Assembly (NCBI GenBank): GCA_963771175.1
Contig: CAVYSY010000054.1
Coordinates: 32,001 to 96,000, forward strand
Source of the DNA: an uncultured delta proteobacterium
Lineage (GTDB): Bacteria; Myxococcota; Myxococcia; Myxococcales; Myxococcaceae
Reading direction: 5' to 3'
DNA: 64,000 nt
The translations under genes were made by a program, and so were the position numbers. Numbering within the stretch: position 1 is the stretch's first letter; each line of letters begins with the position of its first letter. This document shows, one piece after another, positions 53,799 to 64,000 of this stretch. The notes beneath the pieces were generated by a model, which saw nothing but the letters and a program-made list of their open reading frames with translations, was not told where the DNA came from and made no database searches.

Positions 53799-54200
53799 AT
53801 GCCGCCGCGTGGAGTGAAGAACCCGAAGCGAGTGAGGCAGTACCAGAAGATCAAGCAGTCGGCGCGCAAGCAAGGCGCGAGCGTGGGGCGGGCCGAGGAG
53901 CTCGCCGCCCGCGTGGTGAACAAGCAGCGCCGCAAGGCGGGTGAGACGAAGGGCGCCTCCAAGCGCTCCTCGACGAAGACGGCGGCGAAGAAGCTCGCGT
54001 CCAGTTCGCGCCGTGCGAAGCCGGCCCGCGGCACGCGCAGCACCGGGGCCAAGTCGCGCACCCTCAAGGCGGCGGGCAGGACGGGCCGCAAGACGGGCAC
54101 CACGTCGCGCTCGAGCAGCCGCTCCGGCGCCTCTCGCAAGACGAGCAGCTCGTCGCGCGCCCGCGGCCGGAGCGCCTCCTCGTCGCGCTCGAAGAAGTAG
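53799..54200 (+). CDS. Small basic protein (so-called plasmid stabilization family) with Lys/Arg/Ser-rich tail
   Basis: GGAGG RBS; KRVRQYQKIKQS...RAEELAARVVNKQRRKAGETK. Confidence 0.8.
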   Translation: MPPRGVKNPKRVRQYQKIKQSARKQGASVGRAEELAARVVNKQRRKAGETKGASKRSSTKTAAKKLASSSRRAKPARGTRSTGAKSRTLKAAGRTGRKTGTTSRSSSRSGASRKTSSSSRARGRSASSSRSKK

Positions 54201-54252
54201 CTGAGGGCGCGAGCAGTTGACGGCCGTGCTAGCTTTCGTGCCACGGTCCTCC

Positions 54253-54930
54253 ATGTCTCCTGCTCCGAAGTTGTGCCATGTCTTCGTCTTCGTCGAGCCG
54301 GGTGCTCCCGAGGCTGCGCGGTTGGAAGAGGCGGGCCTCCGGGAGAGCTTCCGGCGTCGACATCCGGGGCAGGGCACGACGAATGTCTGTTATTGCTTCG
54401 ACAACGCCTACCTCGAGCTTCTCTGGGCGGAGGACGAAGCGGCGATGACCGGGCCGGCGATTGCGCGGACCCGGCTCGCTGAACGGGCACGGTGGCGGGA
54501 GACGGGGGCCTCGCCTTTCGGTATCGCGCTGCGCACCGAGGCTCCCGACGAGCCGCTGCCCTTTCCCTCCTGGGATTATCGGCCGCCCTATCTGCCCGCC
54601 GGCATGGCCATTCCCGTGGCCCTCGCGAGCGAAGACCCGAGGCAGCCCTTCCTGTTCCGGTCACCTGGCAGCAGCAGGCCCGATGCCTGGACCGATGGCA
54701 GGGCCGGAGACAGGCAACGGCAAGCGGGTCTGGCGGAGATCATCGGCATCGAGCTCGACCTTCCAGCGCGCGTCCCGCCCAGTGATGCGCTGCGGCTCCT
54801 GGTCGAGATGGGCCTCCTCACGTTCGGTGGTTCCGCCGACGAACAGCCGGGAATGGTGTTGTCGCTGTCGCGTGTCGACGGCGGACCACCGCGCCGCTTG
54901 TCGCTGCCCGGGTTCCGCTGGCTCGAATAG
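54253..54930 (+). CDS. VOC/glyoxalase-like family protein
   Basis: LCHVFV...RRHPGQGTTNVCYCFDNAYLELLW...SPFGIAL. Confidence 0.8.
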   Translation: MSPAPKLCHVFVFVEPGAPEAARLEEAGLRESFRRRHPGQGTTNVCYCFDNAYLELLWAEDEAAMTGPAIARTRLAERARWRETGASPFGIALRTEAPDEPLPFPSWDYRPPYLPAGMAIPVALASEDPRQPFLFRSPGSSRPDAWTDGRAGDRQRQAGLAEIIGIELDLPARVPPSDALRLLVEMGLLTFGGSADEQPGMVLSLSRVDGGPPRRLSLPGFRWLE

Positions 54931-54949
54931 GAGCCCGGCACGAATCGCC

Positions 54950-55095
54950 TGACACCTTCGCTGGGCCACGGGGCGCGCGAGCCCGTTCACCACGTCGAGC
55001 CGCCCGCCAGGCCGGGCTGCGGCGATGAGCTGCTCGGCGTGCTCGCGCACCAGGGTCCGGATGTGCTCCAGGTCCTCCCGGCGCAGCGCATAGCG
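54950..55095 (-). pseudogene. Cytochrome P450-like fragment
   Basis: ALRREDLEHIRTLVREHAEQLIAAARPGGRLDVVNGLARPVAQR resembles P450 helices C-E; no start or heme motif. Confidence 0.45.
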
Positions 55096-55343
55096 TCGTG
55101 CTGTGCTGTGGCGCAGTATGCGCCGACTCCAAACCGACACGGCGGGAACAGCGCCCGAGTCTAGCGAAACCGGCTCGCCATCGCATCGCATGGCGCGAGC
55201 GCTCGGGTTTCCAGACGCCCTTCCGGCCAGCGTCGCTGACGCTCCGACTGTGGCGGGCCCCTGGAAGAGAAGTCCTACGGCCCCCTCGCCATCGCCCGGT
55301 TTTTAGGGTAAATGTGGATTTCCAATTTTCAAAGGAGTTGAGC

Positions 55344-55811
55344 ATGCGTGGATTCGCACTCGTGGGTCTGGTGGCGATGTTGATCGGCTGTGGTCCGGAG
55401 TTCGCGGGAGAGCAGGAGGCGCAGACGCAGGCGCAGGGAGCGCCCGAGTCGTGGTGCAACAGCTACACCACGCAGCAGTTCTGCCCGAAGAACGTCTGTT
55501 TCTGGGATGCCTCGAGGACGCCCTCGTGTACCTCGCAGGCCTCGGCCTCCGCGGTGGTAGTGGCGCAGGGAGCCCCGGAGTCGTGGTGCAACAGCTACAC
55601 CACGCAGCAGTTCTGCCCGAAGAACGTCTGCGTGTGGGACGCCTCGAGGACTCCCTCGTGCACCCTGCCGGCCGCCTCCGTGGTGGCGCAGGGAGCGCCC
55701 GAGTCGTGGTGCAACAGCTACACCACGCAGCAGTTCTGCCCGAAGTACATCTGCGCCTGGGACGCCTCGAAGACGCCCTCATGCACCCTGCCGGCCGCCT
55801 CCCTGCAGTGA
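55344..55811 (+). CDS. Lipoprotein with three near-identical Cys-rich repeats
   Basis: AAGGAG RBS, LIGC lipobox, 3x AQGAPESWCNSYTTQQFCPKxxCxWDASxTPSCT. Confidence 0.85.
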   Translation: MRGFALVGLVAMLIGCGPEFAGEQEAQTQAQGAPESWCNSYTTQQFCPKNVCFWDASRTPSCTSQASASAVVVAQGAPESWCNSYTTQQFCPKNVCVWDASRTPSCTLPAASVVAQGAPESWCNSYTTQQFCPKYICAWDASKTPSCTLPAASLQ

Positions 55812-55899
55812 CGCCGAGGGTGGCCTGGAGCGGAAAGGCATGCTCGCCGTAGAGGACCTGGTGCGGTAGCGGGCCTGGTCGTGGAGGTAAGGGGGCACG

Positions 55900-56030
55900 G
55901 TTCCTTGGCTCGCGCCCGTGCCCGCAGTCCGAGAAGCGGCAGCCAGCAGCCAGCGCGAGGACCTCCGCGAATGCCTGGCTCAGGCCCTCCTCCTCTCCCC
56001 ATAGCCCGAGCTCGCGCATCCCAGGCGAGC
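55900..56030 (-). pseudogene. RsgA (ribosome small subunit GTPase) C-terminal fragment
   Basis: SPGMRELGLW...LAAGCRFSDCGHGREP zinc-finger motif; no GTPase core. Confidence 0.65.
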
Positions 56031-56257
56031 GAAGGCCCCACTGTCCTGTTCGTCCTCGGTGGGTCTCAGCAAGCACTCGCGGGCAGCGAGGGCAGCGTCA
56101 TCGTGATGGGCTGGGGCCTCCCGAGCTGCTCCAGCACCGCCGCCAGTTCCTGCGCATGACTCCGGAGCGCCACCCGTGCCGGAGCCGCGGGCCGACCGTC
56201 TCCCGTGGGCGATGGTCGTCCACCCCGAGAGCCAGTCCGATGGCATAGGATTCCGGC

Positions 56258-57121
56258 GTGACTCTCACCCCGAGCTCCGCCTCGCCCGTGCGCTTCGCCA
56301 CGCGCCGTGCGGAGATGGACAACCCCTCCATTCCCCTGCGGCTCAGGCTGCGCGCGCGTCTGCGCTGGCGGACGCTGGATGTCCTGAGCCGGGCCGTGCG
56401 CCCCTTCCGCCGGCCCCGTCCCGGCGAGGTGCGCATCGCGATGTACCACGCCGTCTTCCCGGACGAGCTTCCCGGCTTCGAGGCCCAGCTCCGCTACTTC
56501 CGCGACCACTTCAAGCCCGTCTCGCTCACCGGGGCGCTGGACGCGCTCGAGCGCGGGCGGGTGGATGAGCCGCTGCTGGCCATCACCTTCGACGATGGCT
56601 TCGAGGACAATCTCACCCTGGCCGCGCCCGCCCTCGAGGCGCACGGCATGCGCGCCACCTTCTTCATTCCCAGCCACTCCCTCCAGCTTCGCGAGGACGA
56701 CCCGGCCGGCCACCAGGCCTTCTCGCGGGAGCGCCTCGGGCTGGGACTCCCGATGAAACACCTCTCCGCCGCGCAGTTGCGGGAGCTGCGCGCACGCGGG
56801 CACGAGATCGGCTCGCACTCCGAGACCCACCGGCCCATGGGCGGCCTGCCACCGCACGAGGCCGAGCGCGAGCTCGCCGACTCCAAGCGCCACCTCGAGC
56901 AGGCCCTGGGCGAGCCCATCCACTACTTCGCATGGCCCTTCGGCTGGCCGAAGGACTTCTCCCCGGAGCTGGCTCGGACGGCGGCGCGCCTGGGCTACCG
57001 AAAGACGCTCTCCGCCTCACGTGGCCCCAACCGGCCGGGAGACCCCCAGCCCTGGCTCCACCGCGACCACGTGGACCCCTTCTGGCCGCTGTCCCACGTG
57101 CGCTACTTCTTCGAGCGCTAG
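56258..57121 (+). CDS. Polysaccharide deacetylase (NodB/CE4)
   Basis: MYHAV, AITFDDG, IGSHSETH, FAWPFG. Confidence 0.9.
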   Translation: MTLTPSSASPVRFATRRAEMDNPSIPLRLRLRARLRWRTLDVLSRAVRPFRRPRPGEVRIAMYHAVFPDELPGFEAQLRYFRDHFKPVSLTGALDALERGRVDEPLLAITFDDGFEDNLTLAAPALEAHGMRATFFIPSHSLQLREDDPAGHQAFSRERLGLGLPMKHLSAAQLRELRARGHEIGSHSETHRPMGGLPPHEAERELADSKRHLEQALGEPIHYFAWPFGWPKDFSPELARTAARLGYRKTLSASRGPNRPGDPQPWLHRDHVDPFWPLSHVRYFFER

Positions 57122-58332
57122 TCGCCGGGCTCGCGCTCGGTGCGCACCCACTCCCGGGGCGCTCCCCGCGCGCGCAGCTTGAGCATGACCTTCCAGGCGA
57201 CATAGGCCGGGGCGGCGGTGACGAGCACCCGCAGCCCCCACGCGCCCAGCCCCGAGAGCACCCAGCCGCGCAGCACGTAGCCCACCAGCGCCACCACCGA
57301 GAGCGCCCAGGGGAAGAGCGAGAGCGCGGGGCCCTCGAGGAGAGCGTCGAGCCCCAGGGCCAGCACCAGTCCAATCCCGGCGGTCAGCGACACGGTGCTC
57401 AGCGGGGGCACGAGCAGATCCACCCCGAGGTCCACCAGGAGCGGCTCGCGGCGGCGCAGGCCCTCCTTCATCAGGGGCAGCCCCAGCCGGCGGGACAGGG
57501 CGCGGCGGCCTCCCTCCCAGCGCAGCCGCTGCGAGCGCGACACCCGCTCGGTGTCGGGGATGGCGCTGCGCACGCTCGCCTCGTGCACGTAGGCCACCCG
57601 GTAGCCCGCGCGGCCCAGGGCGATGCCGTACTCCAGGTCCTCCACCACCGAGTGTGCCTGGTGCGGCACCGCCCGCAGCACCTGGCTCGACAGCCCCATG
57701 CCGTTGCCGCGCAGGCCCACCGACAGCCCCAGCCGGTCGCGCGCCAGCGAGCGCACGCCGTTGAAGAGGGCGAAGGCGATGGTCATCAACCCGGCGCGCC
57801 AGGAGCTGGTGCGGTTGAGCACCTCGTTGCGCGCCTGCAGCGCGTGCGCACCGTGCTCGAAGTGGGCCGCGAAGGCGGAGAGGAGGTTGGGGGAGATCTC
57901 CGTGTCCGCGTCCACCACCACCACCGCGTCCGCGAAGCCGTCCCGCAGGGAGAACTGGAAGGCGTGTTCGAGCGCGTGGCCCTTGCCGCGGTGCTCGGTG
58001 TCCTGGCGCACCAGCACCTTCGCGCCCGCGCGCTCGGCCCGCTCGGCCGTACTGTCCGTGCAGTTGTCCGCCACCACCAGCACCCGGCGCAGCTCGGCCG
58101 GCCAGTCCACCGACAGCAGGTTGCGCACCGTCGACGCGATGCCCTGCTCCTCGTCATGCGCGGGGACGATGATGTCGAAGCGCATCCGCCGCGCCGGGCT
58201 CGGGAGGGGAGCGGGACTCCGGGCCAGCAGGGCCAGGACGAGCAGGTACCCGGTGGTGGCGAGCACCGGCAGCCCGAGCAGGGCGAGGAGGCAATCCAGC
58301 AGGAAGGTCATATCGTCGAGCCGGCCGCTCAC
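57118..58332 (-). CDS. Glycosyltransferase family 2 (processive type)
   Basis: IVPAHDE, VADNCTD, GKGHAL, VDAD, VEDLE, QRLRW. Confidence 0.92.
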   Translation of the reverse strand: MSGRLDDMTFLLDCLLALLGLPVLATTGYLLVLALLARSPAPLPSPARRMRFDIIVPAHDEEQGIASTVRNLLSVDWPAELRRVLVVADNCTDSTAERAERAGAKVLVRQDTEHRGKGHALEHAFQFSLRDGFADAVVVVDADTEISPNLLSAFAAHFEHGAHALQARNEVLNRTSSWRAGLMTIAFALFNGVRSLARDRLGLSVGLRGNGMGLSSQVLRAVPHQAHSVVEDLEYGIALGRAGYRVAYVHEASVRSAIPDTERVSRSQRLRWEGGRRALSRRLGLPLMKEGLRRREPLLVDLGVDLLVPPLSTVSLTAGIGLVLALGLDALLEGPALSLFPWALSVVALVGYVLRGWVLSGLGAWGLRVLVTAAPAYVAWKVMLKLRARGAPREWVRTEREPGD

Positions 58333-58582
58333 TCACCCGAGTCGCTCCGCGCTTCTCCATGTCTTGGGGAGGGCCAGCACGCGTCGCTGGAAGGCAGAAT
58401 AGGGGCCGCCCTCCGAGGGGTCTACTTTACCCGAATCCCCGGCGAGCCGCCCCCTGGCCGAGGCGCGGAGGGGCGCATAGGCGGAATAGAGGCCGTGTTG
58501 ACTGCCCCAGGTTGTTCGCTAGCGGGGGATTGCGCTCTGACAGGCCTTTGGGGCCCCGCAACGCCGTGCCAGTTTGCAGGGC

Positions 58583-59143
58583 ATGGCACGGACCGAGAAG
58601 GAGAAGATGCTCGCGGGCGAGCTGTACGTCGCGGCGGCTCCGGAGCTGGTGGCCGAGCGCGCCCGCGCGCGTAAGCTGTTGCGTGCCTACAACCAGTCCA
58701 CCGAGGACGAGCTGAAGCAACGCGAGAGCCTGCTCTCCCAACTCCTGGGTGCAGTGGGCGCGGGGGCGTGGATCGAACCGCCGTTCTTCTGTGACTACGG
58801 CGAGCACATCCGGCTGGGCGCGCGCGTGTACATGAACTTCCAGTGCGTCATCCTCGACTGCAATCCGGTGACGCTGGGGGATGATGTGTTCCTGGGACCC
58901 GGCGTGCAGATCTACGCGGCCACGCACCCGCTGGACCCGGACGAGCGAATCAAAGGCCCCGAGTTGGGGCGCCCTGTCACCATCGGCGCCAAGGTGTGGA
59001 TTGGTGGCGGGTCCATCATCTGCCCGGGCGTCACCATTGGTGAGGGTTCCACCATTGGTGCCGGCAGCGTGGTGGTGCGGGACATTCCCCCCTACGTCTT
59101 CGCCGCGGGTAACCCCTGCCGCGTCATCCGGCCCCTGCGCTGA
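58583..59143 (+). CDS. maa: Maltose/sugar O-acetyltransferase
   Basis: EKEKMLAGELY, IEPPFFCDYG, ATHP, hexapeptide repeats, GNPCRVIR. Confidence 0.92.
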   Translation: MARTEKEKMLAGELYVAAAPELVAERARARKLLRAYNQSTEDELKQRESLLSQLLGAVGAGAWIEPPFFCDYGEHIRLGARVYMNFQCVILDCNPVTLGDDVFLGPGVQIYAATHPLDPDERIKGPELGRPVTIGAKVWIGGGSIICPGVTIGEGSTIGAGSVVVRDIPPYVFAAGNPCRVIRPLR

Positions 59144-59160
59144 GCGCCTCGTCCGCCGCC

Positions 59161-59820
59161 TCAGGGAGGGGCCGGCTCCTCGGAGAGGTAGAGTTCCCGG
59201 AAGCCGGCCACGTCCTCTCCGATGGGGCCGACCTCGCGCCCATCCGGCTCCAGCAGCCAGTACCAGTCATACGAGCCGCCGCCGAGGAAGTACTTGTGCA
59301 TCTGGACGATGAGCCGGCCCCGGTGCTCGCCGCGCGTGACGACCTCCAGGCTGTTGCCCGGGGCGACGAACTGCTCCTTGCCCGTGGCGACGTCGACCTT
59401 GTGGACGGCGCTCGAGGTCGCCCAGGCCGCGCTCAGGAAGAAGACCGTCTTCCCGTCCGCGGAGAACTGGGGCGACTGGAGTCCTCCCAGGAACTTCTTC
59501 GGCTCCTCGCTCCCGGTCGAGCGCACCAGCCGCCGCGCCTTGCCTCCCGCGAGCTCCATCCACCAGAGCTCATTGGCCTCCACCTCGCCCGTCGCGGACT
59601 CCAGCATGCCGGCGGAGCCCCTCCGCACGAAGACGACGGCCCGGCCATCCGGCGAGAGGCTCGGCTGCGAGTCCTGACCCGAGGACGTCAGTGTGCGCCT
59701 GGCCCCACTCGGCTCCACGAGCACGAGCTGGCCCTTGTCCTCCACGACCCGGGGGCCTCGGGCCCACGCGGGCAGGGCCAGCGCGAGGACGAGGAGCGGC
59801 ACCTTCCAGGCTGTCTTCAT
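59161..59820 (-). CDS. Secreted TolB/PD40-repeat-like protein
   Basis: Signal peptide; DSQPSLSPDGRAVVFVR, SPQFSADGKTVFF. Confidence 0.75.
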   Translation of the reverse strand: MKTAWKVPLLVLALALPAWARGPRVVEDKGQLVLVEPSGARRTLTSSGQDSQPSLSPDGRAVVFVRRGSAGMLESATGEVEANELWWMELAGGKARRLVRSTGSEEPKKFLGGLQSPQFSADGKTVFFLSAAWATSSAVHKVDVATGKEQFVAPGNSLEVVTRGEHRGRLIVQMHKYFLGGGSYDWYWLLEPDGREVGPIGEDVAGFRELYLSEEPAPP

Positions 59821-60194
59821 GCGCCGAACCAGAGCCCCACGCCCCCCAGCAGACCCAGGGTGACGAACATCCCCACGAGCATCCACGTCTGCTGGCGAGA
59901 CCAGCCCAGGGCCTCGCCATACTTGCGGCCACACACCCACGTGAGCGCCGCGAGCCCGAGGCAGATGTTCACGGGCCCCAGGGCGATCAGCCCCCGGCGC
60001 GCCGTGTCGCCCACCTCCAGGAATGCCAGCAGCAGCAGGGGCCCGAAGCCGACGATGAGTCCGCCGAGCACGAACCCGAGCACCCGCAACGTTCCGGGCC
60101 CGGACAGCTCCAGCGCATCCAGCAACTGCCCCCAGAGCGAAGGTGACTCGGGTGCTGGCCGCTCGCGGCGGCGCTGGGGAGAGGCCGGGGCCAT
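59817..60194 (-). CDS. Small integral membrane protein
   Basis: Three hydrophobic segments; coupled to its neighbours. Confidence 0.65.
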   Translation of the reverse strand: MAPASPQRRRERPAPESPSLWGQLLDALELSGPGTLRVLGFVLGGLIVGFGPLLLLAFLEVGDTARRGLIALGPVNICLGLAALTWVCGRKYGEALGWSRQQTWMLVGMFVTLGLLGGVGLWFGA

Positions 60195-60197
60195 GCG

Positions 60198-61223
60198 TCA
60201 GCCCTGCTCGGCGCCTTCGAAGGTCACCTGGGCCTTCGACATGACGTGCTCGACGACCATCAGATACCAGCCGAGATCATGCAGCTGTCGCGTCGTCTCC
60301 TTGGACTCCCGCAGCGCGGCCTTCACGTCGGCCGCCGTGAGGCCGAAGGGCTCGGTGTTCTCCACCAGCAGCTCCTCCAGCTTCTCGGGCGTGAGGGTGA
60401 GCTTGTCCTGCTCCGCCACGGCCTTCAGCGCGAGCCCGATGCGCAGGCGGCGCTCGGCCTCCTGCCGCGTGCTCGGGTCCGTCATCCACGCCTCGAGCGC
60501 TTCCCGCTGCTCGTCCACGTCGAAGTTCCGCTCGACCATGGCGAAGCCTTCCGCCGCCGCCCAGCGCCGACGGATTTCCTCGTCCACCAGCTTGCGGGAC
60601 ACCTCGACGCCGGCGCGGCGAGCCACCTCGTCGAGCACGAGATCGCGCGCTCGCACCCAGAGCTCATCGGCCAGCTCGTTCTCCAGCTCCTCGCGGAGGT
60701 GCTCCATCACCTCGTCGAGCGAGTCTCCGAGCCCCAGCTTCTTCAGGAAGCCGGGCTGCGTCTCGTCCGGCATCTTCACCTCGCGCGCGGCGCGGATGTC
60801 GACGAGGAAGCGGACCGGCTTGCCCCGCAGAGACTCCACCGGGTAGTCGTCCGGGAGCTCCAGCAGGGCCTGGACACTGCCCCCCACCGAGCCTTCGGCC
60901 ACCGCCTCGGCGAAGCCCGGCAGCGCGACGATGGGCGCCAGCTCCATCCACTGCCCGAAGCGCGCCGAGAAGGGGATGAGCTTGCCCTCGGCGTAGCCCA
61001 GCATGTCGAGCTTGACGTCATCCCCCAGCTCGACGCGCTCGCCCTCGGCCCGCTCGCGCACGGTGGCCATCGCCCGCTTCTTCTCGTGGAAGCGGGTGAT
61101 GAGGTCCTCCTCGGTGAAGTCCTCCGCCTCGGGGACCCGGACCGCCAGGCCCTCGAGGGACGGCGCCTTCACCGCCGGCAGGGCGACCGGCTCGGCGGAC
61201 ATCACGCCGGCGATGGGGCTCAT
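60198..61223 (-). CDS. Trigger-factor-like protein (FKBP + C-terminal chaperone domains, no ribosome-binding N-domain)
   Basis: GDDVKLDMLGY...LPGFAEAV...LPDDYPVESLRGKPVRFLV...VDEEI...EAERRLRIGLALKAVAEQDKL; lacks the GFRxGK motif. Confidence 0.8.
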   Translation of the reverse strand: MSPIAGVMSAEPVALPAVKAPSLEGLAVRVPEAEDFTEEDLITRFHEKKRAMATVRERAEGERVELGDDVKLDMLGYAEGKLIPFSARFGQWMELAPIVALPGFAEAVAEGSVGGSVQALLELPDDYPVESLRGKPVRFLVDIRAAREVKMPDETQPGFLKKLGLGDSLDEVMEHLREELENELADELWVRARDLVLDEVARRAGVEVSRKLVDEEIRRRWAAAEGFAMVERNFDVDEQREALEAWMTDPSTRQEAERRLRIGLALKAVAEQDKLTLTPEKLEELLVENTEPFGLTAADVKAALRESKETTRQLHDLGWYLMVVEHVMSKAQVTFEGAEQG

Positions 61224-61373
61224 CTTGAGGAGTCGTTCGACTCCCTGACCTTCTTTTCGGGGACGCTGGTTGCTCACGGGGGCTCCAGGGACGTAGGCCA
61301 GCCCCCGTTCATGCCAGTGGGTGACGAAGGGCCGGCGCGTCATGCGTCGTCTTCTAGCCCAGAGCGTCGCCTA

Positions 61374-62426
61374 TTAGAAGAAGGCGCCCACGATGCTCGA
61401 CACGGTGGAGACGGCCGCGCCCACCTGGCTGACGATGGGGATGTTGGTGGCCGCGGCGATGGAGCCGACGGCGGTGATGACCGACGTCACCTTCTTGCCC
61501 GTGCTGGCGTTGCGGTCCGCCAGCGTCGCCACCGCCTGGGCCGTGTCGACGGCCGCCATGGCCACGTTGAGGCCCGGAGCGAAGCGGGCCGCCGCCTTGG
61601 CCGCCGGACCCGCCGCCGCGCGAGCACCCGCCTTGAGGGCCGCCTCGGCCGCCTCACGGCCCGCGGCGTTCAGCGTCGCCTTGGCCGCCGCGCGCGAGGC
61701 ACTGCCCGCCACGCCCTTGGCCAGCGAGCCTCCCACCTTCGTCGCCGCGTCCTTGGCCGCCTCGGTGATGGCTCGGCGCGCCACCTTGGAGGTCGCACCC
61801 TCGAAGACCTGCTTCAGCGCGTTGTTGGCCGCGGCCTTCGCCACGTCGTCGCTGACCTTGGGGGCCACGCGCTTGAAGGCATCGAGGGCGGCCTTCTCCG
61901 CCCCGAGCATCCCGGACACGGTCTTCGCGTGGAGCAACCCACCGGCGACCTTGCTGCCCTGGATGCCGCCCGAGGCCACATTGAGGGTCGCCTTCGCCGC
62001 GTCCAGCGACGAGCGCGCCGCCTTGGTGATGTCGTCACGGCTGCCCGTGCGCACCGCGTTGCGGATGTCGCCCACCGCCGTGCCCACCGACTTGACGGCC
62101 GTGAAGACGCCGAAGGCGCCCGCGACGCCCTTGGTCTGCGCCATCACCTTCTGCAGCGGGCCGAACTTGCCCGCGGCCACGGTGGGGTTGCTGATGTACC
62201 CAAGCCCCTTGGGCCCGAGGATTCCCTCCACCGGGAGCTTCTTCGTGGCCCGGCTGATCTGCTCGACCGCGTCCTTGCCGAAGGCGATGGCCTTCGAGGA
62301 CTGGGTGACCACCGCCGTGGCCCCCTTGATGGTCTTCTCGTGCTGCTTCACCGTCTGCTTCACATCGGAGACGGTCTTCTTCACCTGCCGGGTGACGTTC
62401 TGGAAGCTCTTCTTGATGGAGGTCAT
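61374..62426 (-). CDS. Ala/Lys-rich hypothetical protein with hydrophobic C-terminal hairpin
   Basis: Amphipathic helical low-complexity sequence; ARFAPGLNVAMAAVD...VITAVGSIAAATNIPIVSQVGAAVSTVSSIVGAFF. Confidence 0.75.
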   Translation of the reverse strand: MTSIKKSFQNVTRQVKKTVSDVKQTVKQHEKTIKGATAVVTQSSKAIAFGKDAVEQISRATKKLPVEGILGPKGLGYISNPTVAAGKFGPLQKVMAQTKGVAGAFGVFTAVKSVGTAVGDIRNAVRTGSRDDITKAARSSLDAAKATLNVASGGIQGSKVAGGLLHAKTVSGMLGAEKAALDAFKRVAPKVSDDVAKAAANNALKQVFEGATSKVARRAITEAAKDAATKVGGSLAKGVAGSASRAAAKATLNAAGREAAEAALKAGARAAAGPAAKAAARFAPGLNVAMAAVDTAQAVATLADRNASTGKKVTSVITAVGSIAAATNIPIVSQVGAAVSTVSSIVGAFF

Positions 62427-62553
62427 GCGCAGCCTCGGATTTGGAGGATTTCCTTGGGGGAATTATCCGCCATCTGTCCGGGAAGTTGCGTCCCCCTTGC
62501 TTAATTACCTTTGCCTACATCTCTCGGATTCTAAAAAGCGCGGAAAAACGGTA

Positions 62554-62581
62554 TTGACATAAAATTACATTATCCTATTCT
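62554..62581 (+). promoter_or_regulatory. sigma70-type promoter of the subtilase gene
   Basis: TTGACA-N16-TATTCT in an AT-rich intergenic region. Confidence 0.7.
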
Positions 62582-62617
62582 TCAGGAGTTCCCCCGTTGT
62601 TCGAGGAAATCGCGCCC

Positions 62618-63757
<1,140 letters not shown>

Positions 63758-63798
63758 TCCTCGCCCCGCTCCTCCCGGGCTGAAGACATAGCCACCTC

Positions 63799-63844
63799 GC
63801 GGCGCCCTCTCTCGTCTCTGGACGGGAGGGGGCGTCGTGTTTTG
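63799..63844 (+). terminator. Intrinsic terminator
   Basis: GCGGCGCCCTCTCTCGTC-TCTG-GACGGGAGGGGGCGTCGT followed by GTTTT. Confidence 0.65.
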
Positions 63845-63859
63845 GGGGCGCTCAGGTGC

Positions 63860-64000
63860 TCAGCGGCCGTCGGGCGGCAGCGCGGCGGCGGCGGTGATGA
63901 GCGCGCGTGTCACCTCGGCGGGGAGCTCGCCCTCGTGCGCGAAGGCGAGACCCACCACGGCGCGCACCTCTCCGGTCGCGTCGAGCACGGGCAGGGCCAC
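63860..64000 (-). CDS. C-terminus of a GAF-like domain protein (partial)
   Basis: VALPVLDATGEVRAVVGLAFAHEGELP...*. Confidence 0.55.
   Translation of the reverse strand: MALPVLDATGEVRAVVGLAFAHEGELPAEVTRALITAAAALPPDGR

Noticed and set aside
55430..55803. Tandem ~125-nt repeats as a CRISPR array
   Set aside because: The repeats are in-frame coding modules of a lipoprotein with no unique spacers and no cas genes.

Overview
High-GC myxobacterial-type chromosomal window (gene content resembles Cystobacterineae such as Archangium or Myxococcus; this is an inference). Many genes carry 1-nt frameshifts in clusters, which points to long-read assembly indels rather than true decay. From left to right: the end of an eps-like exopolysaccharide locus interrupted by a TIGR02269/double-CXXCG lipoprotein toxin-immunity pair; a trehalose-metabolism cluster; a P450; a prenyl-diphosphate methyltransferase plus terpene synthase pair; a DNA methyltransferase plus PD-(D/E)XK nuclease pair; two tRNA genes; efflux genes; an island of secreted proteins with a Zn-dependent PLC-fold enzyme; a rhodanese/cysteine desulfurase/persulfide dioxygenase fusion upstream of a class III cyclase; an AbiEii-type TA pair; a ~10 kb segment bounded by a 64-bp direct repeat (Schlafen/AlbA_2 protein, ECF sigma/anti-sigma, lipoproteins, di-heme beta-propeller protein); and miscellaneous envelope and secreted genes. 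The most striking unannotated structure is at 18.5-19.0 kb on the minus strand: promoter, strong RBS, a 49-aa leader peptide ending QPPGF*, mutually exclusive antiterminator/terminator hairpins, then tRNA-Glu(CTC) and a non-canonical tRNA-Asp(GTC)-like gene. This looks like a ribosome-controlled attenuator gating spare or atypical tRNAs.
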